Shown: positions 1 to 9,651 of the stretch, piece by piece | Layout: every line of letters starts with the position of its first letter | Position numbering within the stretch: position 1 is the stretch's first letter | The notes under the pieces: model-generated | Database searches by the model: none | Seen by the model: only the letters and a program-made list of their open reading frames with translations | Told to the model about the DNA's origin: nothing | Made by a program: the position numbers and the translations under genes | IMG/VR virus record: IMGVR_UViG_3300009130_001695 | Location: 7,619 to 71,618 of that record | Direction: 5' to 3' (one strand) | DNA: 64,000 bases | DNA from: a virus

Positions 1-6
1 AAAGTT

Positions 7-1365
7 GTGGACTTAGAATTCAAACCACAAAATGACCAAAAAAAAATTAAGATTTTAACTATATCTGACCACCCTCTTTCACCATCTGGTGTTGGAACTC
101 AAACAAAATATTTTATTGCTGAAATGTTGCGAACAGGAAAGTTTGAATTTTTTAGTTTGGGAGGTGCAATTAAGCACGACAACTATCAACCTGTCCGAAC
201 GCAAGAGTTTGGAGACGATTGGATTATCGCACCAGTTGATGGCTATGGAAATCCCGATATCGTCCGGTCAGTATTACGAACACAAAAGCCAGATATCTTA
301 TGGTTTATGACTGATCCTCGGTTTTTCAGTTGGTTGTGGGATATGGAAAATGAAATTCGCTCTTTAGTACCTATGGTATATTATCATGTGTGGGACAATT
401 ATCCATATCCAACTTATAACAAGGTTTGGTATGATTCAACCGATCATGTTGTTACTATTTCAAAATTAACATCTGACATTGTAAAGACGGTATCCCCGAA
501 GACGGCTGAAACTTATTTACCACATGCAGTGCCCACTGATATGTTTAAGAAGGTTTCAAAGATCGAGAGAAACAATTATCGTAAAGAGCATCTAGGAATT
601 GAAGAAGATGACGATCATTTACTTGTTTTTTGGAATAATAGAAATGCAAGAAGAAAGCAAAGCGGTTCATTAATATTCTGGTTTAAAGAGTTTCTTACTA
701 AACTTCAAAAGAAGAATAAAAACGCAAAGGCCACGCTGCTGATGCATACTGAGCCCCGTGATCCAAACGGTCAAGATCTATATGCAATTATTAACAACCT
801 AGAACTTACTAATGGTGAAGTGCTTATTTCTACACAAAAAATCGATTTAGCCAATCTCAATCAAATTTATAATGCAGCTGATGTTACCATTGGAATATCT
901 GACGCCGAAGGTTTCGGGCTAGCTACTTTTGAATCACTTGCCGCAGAGACTCCCATTATTGTTACCATGACGGGTGGCCTTCAAGAGCAGGTAACTTCTA
1001 TTAAAAAAGTAACCCACAAATCTATGCTCGCACGAAATAAAAAGTCTAAAAATGTGACAGAATATGAGCATGGAATCGGCATTGAGCCTGTATCCAAATC
1101 CATCATTGGAAGTCAAGAAGTTCCATTCATTTATGAAGACCGTGTAAATGGAGAAGCAGTCGCAGACGCACTTTTAACGATGTATGAATATGGACCAGAA
1201 AAAAGAGCCGAACTAGGCGCAGCCGGTCGTGTCCATGTAGAGAAGAATTATAATTTTGCAAAATTTGCAAAAAAATGGGAGAATATTTTGTTGGACACAT
1301 ATAAAAAGCATGGTTCCTGGGAAAACCGCAAAAATTATAAATCTTGGGAGTTGAGGACGCTATGA
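7..1365 (+). CDS. GT-B (GT4-like) glycosyltransferase
   Basis: N-terminal ISDHPLSPSGVG; C-terminal EGFGLATFESLAAETPII (Ex7E motif); NRNARRKQ. GTG start lies at the window edge. Confidence 0.85.
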   Translation: MDLEFKPQNDQKKIKILTISDHPLSPSGVGTQTKYFIAEMLRTGKFEFFSLGGAIKHDNYQPVRTQEFGDDWIIAPVDGYGNPDIVRSVLRTQKPDILWFMTDPRFFSWLWDMENEIRSLVPMVYYHVWDNYPYPTYNKVWYDSTDHVVTISKLTSDIVKTVSPKTAETYLPHAVPTDMFKKVSKIERNNYRKEHLGIEEDDDHLLVFWNNRNARRKQSGSLIFWFKEFLTKLQKKNKNAKATLLMHTEPRDPNGQDLYAIINNLELTNGEVLISTQKIDLANLNQIYNAADVTIGISDAEGFGLATFESLAAETPIIVTMTGGLQEQVTSIKKVTHKSMLARNKKSKNVTEYEHGIGIEPVSKSIIGSQEVPFIYEDRVNGEAVADALLTMYEYGPEKRAELGAAGRVHVEKNYNFAKFAKKWENILLDTYKKHGSWENRKNYKSWELRTL

Positions 1366-2612
1366 AGAAAGTAATAGTTAAAGGACCAGCACTTAGCCAG
1401 AGTGGATATGGAGAACAAACGAGGTTCATTTTAAGGTCTTTAAGGAGTCAACCAGAGCATTTTGATATTTATTTAATCAATCTAAACTGGGGCAACACAG
1501 GGTGGCTATCGGACGATTCAGAAGAACGTCAATGGATAGATTTCCTTTTGGCCAAAACTATTCAATATAGTTCACAGAATGGACAAATGGATATTTCTAT
1601 CCAGGTTACTATCCCACAAGAATGGGAAAGCCTCGCCCCTTATAATATTGGAGCAACAGCAGGAACTGAAACAACTAAAATTTCTCCACTGTGGCTTGAA
1701 AAGAGCATGATGATGGACAAAATTATCGTCATTTCAGAACATACTAAATATGCATTTGCCAACACCACATATCCAGCTGAGATGAACGGGCAACAAATAA
1801 TTGCCAAAATAGAGTGTCCAATTGAAGTCGTGGGGTATCCCGTTAAAAAAACAACACCGCAAAAAATTGATCTAGATTTAAAATATGATTTCAATTTCCT
1901 TGCTGTTGGAACGTGGATTGTGAGAAAGAATCTTCCTAACACCATTAAGTGGTTTGTAGAAGAATTTTATGATCAGAAAGTTGGTTTAATTATTAAAACG
2001 AGTACCGCTAAAAATTCATTACGTGACCGCAACCACACTGAAATGACTCTAAAGAATATTTTAGGACAATATGAGGGTAGGGAATGTGAAGTTTATCTTT
2101 TACATGGAGATTTGACGGAGGAGGAAATGTGCGGATTGTATACTCATGATAAGGTTAAAGCTCTTGTGAGCTTGTCTCATGGCGAAGGATATGGATTACC
2201 GATCTTTGAAGCAGTATATAATGGACTACCAGTAGTTTCTCCTGGTTGGGGCGGCCCGCTTGACTTTTTATGTATGCCAGTGAAGCAAAAAAATGGATCT
2301 TTTAAAAAGGTTCGCGCATTCACCGATATTGCCTATGATATTAAACCAATCCAGGATGAAGCTGTGTGGGAGAATGTTCTAATAAAAGAATCTATGTGGT
2401 GTTATCCTAAAGAGTGGAATTATAAAAAAAGTTTACGCCTCCTCAAGAAAAGTCCCGGTGCATCTAAAGCCCAAGCCAAGAAGCTTCAAAAATGGGTTTT
2501 AGAAGAATTTGAAGAATCAAAACTTTATCAAAAGGTATGTGATTCCGTCTATAAACCGAGCCAAGAGGAAGAAGAATGGAATTCAATGTTAAACGAAGTT
2601 CAGATGATCTAG
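1362..2612 (+). CDS. GT4-like glycosyltransferase
   Basis: GPALSQSGYG, RKNL and EGYGLPIFEA motifs. Likely start is ATG 1362 (ATGA overlap with the previous stop, GAGGA upstream). Confidence 0.85.
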   Translation: MKKVIVKGPALSQSGYGEQTRFILRSLRSQPEHFDIYLINLNWGNTGWLSDDSEERQWIDFLLAKTIQYSSQNGQMDISIQVTIPQEWESLAPYNIGATAGTETTKISPLWLEKSMMMDKIIVISEHTKYAFANTTYPAEMNGQQIIAKIECPIEVVGYPVKKTTPQKIDLDLKYDFNFLAVGTWIVRKNLPNTIKWFVEEFYDQKVGLIIKTSTAKNSLRDRNHTEMTLKNILGQYEGRECEVYLLHGDLTEEEMCGLYTHDKVKALVSLSHGEGYGLPIFEAVYNGLPVVSPGWGGPLDFLCMPVKQKNGSFKKVRAFTDIAYDIKPIQDEAVWENVLIKESMWCYPKEWNYKKSLRLLKKSPGASKAQAKKLQKWVLEEFEESKLYQKVCDSVYKPSQEEEEWNSMLNEVQMI

Positions 2613-3454
2613 AGTCTATATTTATATGTGATTTTTATAAATCAGATTTAGATAATAAAGGTGGAGCAGAAAACAATGACTCAGTTCTTATTTCTCTTTT
2701 AGAAGATTACGGCTTTAAGGTAGAAAAAAAATATTGCCGGGAGATAACCCCCTCTTTTATTGAATCCAATAAAAATAAAAAATTTATTATTGGCAATTTT
2801 GTAGAACTCTCTGAATTGGCCAAGGGTGCTCTTAAAGATAAGCATTATATTATCTACGAACATGATCACAAGTATTTAAAAACACGGGATCCTTCAAGAT
2901 TTCCTCATTTCAAAGCACCTGCCGATCAAGTGATTAATAGAGATTTTTATAAAAATTCAAAATGTGTTATTTGTCTAAGTAATTCCCAGTCAGATAGTGC
3001 GAGAGACAATTTAGATATTTCTAATGTGGAAAGTATAGGTTGTAGTCTATGGTCGGAAAATAAGTTGGATTTCATTGAATCCATAGCAGAAACACCTAAA
3101 GTTAAAGACTACTGTGTGGTGAACTCTCGCAACATAGTAAAAGGAACACAACAAGCATCGGCCTTTTGCAATCGAAGCAAATATGACTTTGACTTGATTC
3201 AGTCTTCCAACGAAGAAGACTTCTTAAAAACGTTATCTTCTTATAGAACGCTTGTTTATATTCCCACTGTTTTGGAATCTCTATGTCGATTAGTGGTAGA
3301 AGCCAAAATGCTTAATTGCGGTGTTATTACGAAAACCCAGTTATTGGGAGCCGCCTCACAAGATTGGTGGGGACTCAATGGGAAAGATTTAATAAATGCA
3401 ATCCGCAAACAACAAAAAATAGCTTTTGATATTTTTTTAAAGCACTTAACATAG
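2576..3454 (+). CDS. putative GT-B glycosyltransferase
   Basis: GGAE near the N-terminus; ESLCRLVVEAKMLNC resembles the Ex7E motif. Confidence 0.6.
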   Translation: MEFNVKRSSDDLESIFICDFYKSDLDNKGGAENNDSVLISLLEDYGFKVEKKYCREITPSFIESNKNKKFIIGNFVELSELAKGALKDKHYIIYEHDHKYLKTRDPSRFPHFKAPADQVINRDFYKNSKCVICLSNSQSDSARDNLDISNVESIGCSLWSENKLDFIESIAETPKVKDYCVVNSRNIVKGTQQASAFCNRSKYDFDLIQSSNEEDFLKTLSSYRTLVYIPTVLESLCRLVVEAKMLNCGVITKTQLLGAASQDWWGLNGKDLINAIRKQQKIAFDIFLKHLT

Positions 3455-3464
3455 AGAAGAATAC

Positions 3465-4376
3465 ATGATTTATGTCACGGGCGGTGCTGGTTTTATTGGA
3501 AGTAATTTAGTCAAGAAAATAAGTAAGTTACAATTAGATAATGTGGTGGTAGTAGACCAACAGGGCAAACTGATCCAACAAAAGCCAAATCTTGATTCAC
3601 ATGTTTCGGGTTTTATTGAATACCATGATTTTATTCAAAACTTGAATATTTTAGAGAAAGACGATGTAATTTTTCATCAAGGTGCCTGCACTGATACTAT
3701 GAATTATAATAGTATCGAGATGATGTATAAGAACTTTGAATATAGTAAAATTTTGTTTGATTATTGTTCTCGCAACAATGTTCGCCTAATCTATGCATCT
3801 TCTGCGGCAGTGTATGGTCTGGGACGGAATGGTTTCAGTGAGTCTGTTGCATGTGAAAATCCTATTAATATTTATGCCAAATCAAAGCTTTTGTTCGACA
3901 ACTATGTAAGGTGTTTTGATATTAGCCCACAAATTGTAGGATTGAGATATTTTAACGTATATGGCCCAGGGGAACAAAACAAAGACAAAATGGCATCAAC
4001 CATCTATCAATTCTTTAATCAAATTAAAGATGAAAAAATTGTTAAACCCTTTGAAGGGAGTGATAAATTTTTGCGTGATTTTATATACATCGACGATATT
4101 ATAAATGTTAATTTGTTTTTTTACCATCGACCCTCCTTAAGTGGTATTTTTAATTGTGGCACAGGAAATCCTCAATCATTTATGGAGATTGTTGAGGAAT
4201 TAAAAAAATACTATGAATTTGATATAATAGAAAAAGAGATGCCTGAAGGTTTGACAGAAAAATATCAAAAATATACTAAAGCCGATTTGACTAAATTAAA
4301 AGAAGCTGGATATAAATTTCCTTTTATGACTCTAAAACAGGGTATAGAAAAATATATTCACGCTTTAGAACAATGA
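3465..4376 (+). CDS. hldD: ADP-L-glycero-D-manno-heptose 6-epimerase
   Basis: VTGGAGFIGSN, FHQGACTDT, YASSAAVYG, YAKSK, GLRYFNVYGP, KMAS and YQKYTKAD match the HldD/RfaD pattern. Confidence 0.88.
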   Translation: MIYVTGGAGFIGSNLVKKISKLQLDNVVVVDQQGKLIQQKPNLDSHVSGFIEYHDFIQNLNILEKDDVIFHQGACTDTMNYNSIEMMYKNFEYSKILFDYCSRNNVRLIYASSAAVYGLGRNGFSESVACENPINIYAKSKLLFDNYVRCFDISPQIVGLRYFNVYGPGEQNKDKMASTIYQFFNQIKDEKIVKPFEGSDKFLRDFIYIDDIINVNLFFYHRPSLSGIFNCGTGNPQSFMEIVEELKKYYEFDIIEKEMPEGLTEKYQKYTKADLTKLKEAGYKFPFMTLKQGIEKYIHALEQ

Positions 4377-4777
4377 CTTCTACAATTGTGTTTACTAACG
4401 GTTGTTTTGATATTTTACACCGTGGACACATCGAACTTTTTAAGTATGCTAAAAGCTTGGGTTCTACTTTGATAGTGGGCATTGATACCGATGAAAAAGT
4501 CAAACAAGATAAGGGTTCAGATCGCCCTTTTAATTCCTTAAAAGACCGCATTTTTATATTAGAATCTATCAAGTATATAGATGAGGTCGTGGTGTTCGGA
4601 AGCAAGCAGGAACTACAAAATCTTGTAGCTTCAATAACTCCTGATATTCTAGTCAAAGGAACGGACTGGAAAGGGAAGGAGATCGTTGGCGAGGAATCAG
4701 CAAAGGAGGTAAGATTTTTTGAACGCATCCAAGGGTATTCAACAACTGAAATACTTGAAAATTCTCCTAATTGGTGA
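4373..4777 (+). CDS. hldC: heptose-1-phosphate adenylyltransferase (HldE domain II / RfaE2)
   Basis: VFTNGCFDILHRGH, KGSDRP, PDILVKGTDW, GYSTT. Confidence 0.88.
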   Translation: MTSTIVFTNGCFDILHRGHIELFKYAKSLGSTLIVGIDTDEKVKQDKGSDRPFNSLKDRIFILESIKYIDEVVVFGSKQELQNLVASITPDILVKGTDWKGKEIVGEESAKEVRFFERIQGYSTTEILENSPNW

Positions 4778-5516
4778 TTCGTGTATTGATCGTTATCATT
4801 ATGGTACATGTGAACGCATGAGCCCCGAGGCCCCTGTACCAGTTTTCAAAGTGTCCCATACCGAAAACCAAGGGGGTATGGCCTTGAATGTTAAGTCTAA
4901 TCTAGAAGGTTTAGGAGTAAAGGTTGATATTTTGACCAATGCGGAGGAAATAATAAAGGTTAGGCACATTGATATAAAATCGCGCCAACACCTCCTTCGA
5001 GTAGATTGGGGTGAAGAGCACTCAACAGAGCCTTTGGCGGTTGATCGTCTCGATGCCGTTGACTTCGATCTATACGATGGGGTTGTAATTTCAGATTACG
5101 ACAAAGGTTTGATAACACCGGAAGTGGTTGAAAATATATTATTTCGGTGTCCCAATAAACCAATATTTGTGGATAGTAAGAAAAAAGATCTTTCTCCGTA
5201 TGAGGGGTGTATTTTAAAGATCAATGAAAAGGAATCCCATGAAGCTCACAAACTACCTTTAAAATGCGAATTAATTGTGACCCTGGGTGAACGGGGAGCA
5301 ACCTATAACGGAGAAGATTTTGGTACACAAAAAGTAGAAATTTTTGATGTTTGTGGTGCTGGTGATACGTTCTTAGCAGGTTTGTCATCGGCTTTCATAT
5401 TGACCAACAGTATGAAACGCTCAATTGCTTTTGCTAATTTATGTGGTGGTATTGCTGTTCAGAAATTTGGAACCTATACGATGAAAAAGGAGGAGCTATA
5501 TGATATATATATTTGA
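4719..5516 (+). CDS. hldA: heptose-7-phosphate kinase (HldE domain I / RfaE1, PfkB family)
   Basis: IGDSCID, RMSPEAPVPV, ISDYDKG, DVCGAGDTF. True start may be TTG 4755. Confidence 0.88.
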   Translation: MNASKGIQQLKYLKILLIGDSCIDRYHYGTCERMSPEAPVPVFKVSHTENQGGMALNVKSNLEGLGVKVDILTNAEEIIKVRHIDIKSRQHLLRVDWGEEHSTEPLAVDRLDAVDFDLYDGVVISDYDKGLITPEVVENILFRCPNKPIFVDSKKKDLSPYEGCILKINEKESHEAHKLPLKCELIVTLGERGATYNGEDFGTQKVEIFDVCGAGDTFLAGLSSAFILTNSMKRSIAFANLCGGIAVQKFGTYTMKKEELYDIYI

Positions 5517-5820
5517 TATTGATGGAACTATTTGTACTCACACCACCGGCAATTATGACGAGGCTGAACCATTAGTTGAGAGAATAAAAAAAAATAATTC
5601 TTTGTATGATGAGGGGCACACCATTATTTACCAAACAGCTCGCGGGATGGGCCGTACAAACAACAATGTTTTGAAATCCTATAAGTTATTTTATTCTTAC
5701 ACAGTAAACCAGCTGGATGGTTGGGGGGTTAAATATCATGATTTATTTTTAGGAAAACCAAACGGTGATATATACGTTGATGATAAAGGGAAAAAAGATG
5801 AAGACTTCTATTCCAATTAA
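5500..5820 (+). CDS. small HAD-family phosphatase (capsule-biosynthesis type)
   Basis: FDIDGTI, TARG, GKP..DIYVDDK. Confidence 0.8.
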   Translation: MIYIFDIDGTICTHTTGNYDEAEPLVERIKKNNSLYDEGHTIIYQTARGMGRTNNNVLKSYKLFYSYTVNQLDGWGVKYHDLFLGKPNGDIYVDDKGKKDEDFYSN

Positions 5821-6157
5821 ATTTGTACCCAAAGGTTGGGGTTTTGAAAAATGGATTGTTAATTGCGAACAGTATTGTGGAAAACTTTTATATTTTGTAA
5901 AAGACAAGCGATGTTCGTGGCACTATCATAAACTGAAAGATGAGGTATTCTATATTCAGTCGGGCAAAATCTGTTTAAAATATTCGGATGATAATGATAT
6001 AATGAATGCTAGTGAAATTATCTTAAACAAAGGGGATAATTTTCATGTTTATACAGGATTGAGACATCAAATGATAGCACTAGAAGATACTGAGTTGTTT
6101 GAATTTTCGACTCAACATTTTGATGAAGACAGCTACCGAGTGATTAAGGGAGATTAA
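5798..6157 (+). CDS. cupin protein (putative sugar isomerase)
   Basis: KGWGFE, SWHYHKLKDEVF and GLRHQM cupin motifs; likely ATG at 5798. Confidence 0.75.
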   Translation: MKTSIPIKFVPKGWGFEKWIVNCEQYCGKLLYFVKDKRCSWHYHKLKDEVFYIQSGKICLKYSDDNDIMNASEIILNKGDNFHVYTGLRHQMIALEDTELFEFSTQHFDEDSYRVIKGD

Positions 6158-6793
6158 ATGATTAATAATGCTTACCAAGTAATTGATACTTTTGAGCAAA
6201 CAGTAGCCGAATATACTGGCGCTAAATATGCAGTCTCTGTGGATAATGCTACAAATGGGCTATTCTTATGCTTGAAATACTTAAACGTGACCGATAAAGA
6301 CATCTCAATACCATCTAGAACATTCATGTCCGTTCCTTGCACCATTATCCAAACTGGAAATCGAGTAAAATTTAACCCTAACCACCCAGCTATAGAAGGA
6401 AAAAAACTGAAAGGACAGTATCAACTGAGCCCCTTTCCAATCTGGGATAGTGCCCTCACTTTTACAAAAGACATGTATATCCCTGGTCAGTTCCAATGTA
6501 TCTCTTTTAGTGGACCCCATAAATTTTTGAAATTGGGAAAAGGCGGTATGATCTTAACCGATAACAAGGATGCATGTGAGTGGTTGAAACGCGCCCGTTA
6601 TTTTGGACGAAAACCTGTAAATCATCTGGTTGAAAATTTTGATATGTTGGGATGGAATTATTATATGTTACCTGAAATTGCGGCGAAAGGTTGTGTCTTG
6701 ATGATGGGTATAAAAGATAATAATGAAGATTTGGCAATAGAATATCAAGACTTATCACAATACAAAGTATACACTGAGGCAAATAAAAAATAA
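6158..6793 (+). CDS. short DegT/DnrJ-type PLP aminotransferase
   Basis: FEQTVAEYTGAKYAVSVDNATNGL, WDSA, SFSGPHKFL..GKGGMILT; only 211 aa. Confidence 0.75.
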   Translation: MINNAYQVIDTFEQTVAEYTGAKYAVSVDNATNGLFLCLKYLNVTDKDISIPSRTFMSVPCTIIQTGNRVKFNPNHPAIEGKKLKGQYQLSPFPIWDSALTFTKDMYIPGQFQCISFSGPHKFLKLGKGGMILTDNKDACEWLKRARYFGRKPVNHLVENFDMLGWNYYMLPEIAAKGCVLMMGIKDNNEDLAIEYQDLSQYKVYTEANKK

Positions 6794-6841
6794 TAAGGCA
6801 TCGGCAGTTCTAATTAGGAAAACAGCTAAGGAAGCAATAAA

Positions 6842-8218
6842 GTGAAAAAAGTAATTTTAGTACAACCTTATTATGAAAATATTTGGGAACCCATCGGCCT
6901 CGGCTTTATTGCGGCATATCTTAAAAAACATTATGTAGGAGATCTCGATATACAGTGTTTCCAGGGAAATTTTGATACCGATGAAACTATTATTGAAGCC
7001 TGCATGGACGCAGACGTGGTGGGTTTTTCCTGCACATCACCAGCTTGGCCTCATGCATTAAGACTGGCTGAGAAAATTAAAGAAAATAATCCCACCACAC
7101 GAACGGTTTTTGGTGGATTTCATGTTTCGGCCCTCCCAGATGTTTGTATTAAATACGAAGCAGTGGATCAGATTGTAGTAGGTGAAGGAGAAGAAGCATT
7201 TTTGCAAATTGTTAATGGTTGTACTGACTCTATTGTTGATGGAACTAAGACAGATATGAAAGAGATCCCATGGCCTGATAGAGAAGTTATAAAAAATCAT
7301 AGAACTGTTGATCTATGTGAATCTATGAATGGCAAACGAATTGCCTCGTTCCAAGTTAACCGTGTATGTCCTGTGGTTTGTGCCTTTTGCGCGGAAAGGG
7401 TCATAACAGGCAAGTTTAGAAAAAGTAACCCCGTAAGAACACGATCAATTCCTGATGCTTTGGACGAAATCGACCAAGTAATAAAAGATTTAAATTTAAA
7501 CTATTTTAAGTTCGTTGACGCCACCTTCGATATTAGCCCCCAATTTGTAATTGACTTTTGTAAAGAAAAAATCAGGAGAGGAAACACAACTGAGTGGGAA
7601 TGCCTGATTCATTGTAGTTTTACCTCCGATGAAATGTTTTATTGGTTAAAAAAAGCTCAATGTCACCAAGTTAATATGGGTGTTGAAAGTGGGAGCGATA
7701 AAATACTTAAAGATATCGGTAAGGGTTTGCGCGTCAAACGAGTGCGTAAAGCGTTTGAGTGGGCAAAGAAGCACAGAATTGAAAGAAGGGGGTTTTTCCT
7801 TCTAGGAATGCCCAATGAAACCCGCGAGGATTTAAGAATGACTGAAGATTTAATCGACGAGATACAACCAGACGTGGTAGGTTTTACAATCCTTTGTCCA
7901 TATCCAGGAACCGATCTCTATGAGCACGACAAACACCATAACACGGACTGGGAGACGATGGATGAATATAAGAATGATTTTTGGTCAACCGAACACTTTA
8001 CGAATATTGAACTCAAGGCACAGCAGGCATATTTTAAGACCAAATACGACCTGCTGTTGTGTGAAAGACAGGAAGATTCATCTCAAGTGGGAGGATTCGG
8101 GGATATGAGAGGCACCACTCTCAGTGAACTTGAACAAAGTGCCCCAGACTTTGAAGATCCAAGCGCACAACTAGACGATCCTTCCACAACCAACAACCCC
8201 TTAAACGTTATACAATAA
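6842..8218 (+). CDS. B12-binding radical SAM enzyme (class B methyltransferase-like)
   Basis: N-terminal PIGLGFIAA / GGFHVS / VGEGE cobalamin-binding domain; CPVVCAFC cluster motif; GVESGS; PYPGT. Confidence 0.9.
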   Translation: MKKVILVQPYYENIWEPIGLGFIAAYLKKHYVGDLDIQCFQGNFDTDETIIEACMDADVVGFSCTSPAWPHALRLAEKIKENNPTTRTVFGGFHVSALPDVCIKYEAVDQIVVGEGEEAFLQIVNGCTDSIVDGTKTDMKEIPWPDREVIKNHRTVDLCESMNGKRIASFQVNRVCPVVCAFCAERVITGKFRKSNPVRTRSIPDALDEIDQVIKDLNLNYFKFVDATFDISPQFVIDFCKEKIRRGNTTEWECLIHCSFTSDEMFYWLKKAQCHQVNMGVESGSDKILKDIGKGLRVKRVRKAFEWAKKHRIERRGFFLLGMPNETREDLRMTEDLIDEIQPDVVGFTILCPYPGTDLYEHDKHHNTDWETMDEYKNDFWSTEHFTNIELKAQQAYFKTKYDLLLCERQEDSSQVGGFGDMRGTTLSELEQSAPDFEDPSAQLDDPSTTNNPLNVIQ

Positions 8219-8219
8219 A

Positions 8220-8915
8220 ATGATAAATAATATGGACTGGTTTGAACAAAACCTGAAAAACAGTATCCCATTTGCATTTGCCCGATTTAATGATGGCGAA
8301 ATGATGGGGATTGCCAATGTTGGCTCCATTGTAGCTCGCGGAGATCAATACGTTGATACGTCGCTTAGTGATGCCTTAAAAGATGCCATACAACATAAGC
8401 AAAAAAATTATTATGTAGGTATTCCTTGTTCTCAATGTTATCCACAATACAATAAATTGGCCAAAGAGTTAGTCGGCGATTATGAATATACGACATCAGC
8501 TGTTGTTACAACTAATAGAAATTGGAAAAAATTTATTGATATTTTTCCATCTTTGGTGACGCATAAAAGGGTTTTATGGATCTCAGGCAACGATCAAGAT
8601 ACTGATAAGTTGAAAGAAATTGGAATTGAGGTTGCCAAAAAGGGACAACTTCCAGGCAAAAACAGTTGGCGTTTTTACGACCATGTACTAAAAACGTTTC
8701 CTGCAACTTTTCAACCTGGGGATGTCGTCTGCATCTCGTTAGGTCCGACCGCCCGCGTGTTAGTGAAAGAGTGGTATAAGCAAATGCCAGATATCACCTT
8801 CATCGATGTGGGAAGTAATTTTGACCCCTTTACACGGGGAGTTTATCACAACTGTCATAAAGGTTGGAAAGAAACAGGTTTCAACATGGGCAAAAAATGC
8901 CCGGAATGCAATTAA
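8220..8915 (+). CDS. GT-D fold / DUF1792-like putative glycosyltransferase
   Basis: FARFNDGE, SLGPTARVL, IDVGSNFD. Confidence 0.65.
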   Translation: MINNMDWFEQNLKNSIPFAFARFNDGEMMGIANVGSIVARGDQYVDTSLSDALKDAIQHKQKNYYVGIPCSQCYPQYNKLAKELVGDYEYTTSAVVTTNRNWKKFIDIFPSLVTHKRVLWISGNDQDTDKLKEIGIEVAKKGQLPGKNSWRFYDHVLKTFPATFQPGDVVCISLGPTARVLVKEWYKQMPDITFIDVGSNFDPFTRGVYHNCHKGWKETGFNMGKKCPECN

Positions 8916-8916
8916 T

Positions 8917-9651
8917 ATGAAAATTTATCTTCTCACATCAAACAAATATACTCATATTTGCCCCGTAAATATACATTTTTTAAACAAATATTGGCCCGAT
9001 CAAGATATTACGATAGTGGGGTATGACAAGCTAGTAGATTTAAAAAATCTTCCATCTAATGTTACTATAGATTCACTTGGAGAGCAAGCCAATTTTCCAA
9101 AGTGGTCAGATGGCCTTGCTCCTTATTTTGAGAATATACCAGAAGATTATTTTGTGTTAATATTTGATGATCATGTGCTCTTAAATAAGGTGGATAAGGC
9201 AAAAATGGCAATAATTGAGGAGCAATTTAGATTAAACAAAGTCGATAAGGCGATGCTCGGCGGGGGAGTGCCATTAAAATTTTCTTCTAAATATGGGGAA
9301 AATTTACTTATGCTACCCCAAGGAGTTCACCATAGGGCATCATTACACCCAGCCATTTGGACAAAAAAGTATCTTTTAAATTATTTAAAGCCAGATTTAA
9401 CTTCTTGGGATTTTGAGTTAAAGAATGATCCTGTGGCGATGTTTGATGGAGCAAAAATCATCAATTATAATTATAGCTATCCTGAATCTCCTCATCTTTT
9501 TTCTTATTTGGAGTTGTTTAATAAGGGAATTATTTCTATTAATGAAGATGGCGATATCTTATCAGATCAACCATCTCAAAAATTTTTTGATAAGAAAGAC
9601 ATTCAACATATTTGGTCAGAGAGTCAACGATGTCAAAGGGAGTTACAATGA
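8917..9651 (+). CDS. putative GT-A-like glycosyltransferase
   Basis: KYWPD, WSDGL, FVLIFDDH, SLHPAIW, SWDFE; ATG at 8917 directly follows the previous stop. Confidence 0.5.
   Translation: MKIYLLTSNKYTHICPVNIHFLNKYWPDQDITIVGYDKLVDLKNLPSNVTIDSLGEQANFPKWSDGLAPYFENIPEDYFVLIFDDHVLLNKVDKAKMAIIEEQFRLNKVDKAMLGGGVPLKFSSKYGENLLMLPQGVHHRASLHPAIWTKKYLLNYLKPDLTSWDFELKNDPVAMFDGAKIINYNYSYPESPHLFSYLELFNKGIISINEDGDILSDQPSQKFFDKKDIQHIWSESQRCQRELQ

Noticed and set aside
7-3454. DNA-modifying glucosyltransferases (T4 alpha/beta-gt-like)
   Set aside because: No hydroxymethylase or other base-modification genes in the window and only generic GT-B motifs; not excluded, but unsupported.
4720-4750. STT-R5 motif of promiscuous (CDP/UDP) heptose nucleotidyltransferases
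   Set aside because: The sequence is RIQGYSTT. As I recall the motif, Arg directly precedes STT, and here that residue is Tyr, so broadened nucleotide specificity is not claimed.
4373-5516. Frameshifted, broken hldE
   Set aside because: The order (transferase then kinase) is the reverse of fused HldE and both parts are complete, consistent with separate hldC and hldA genes.
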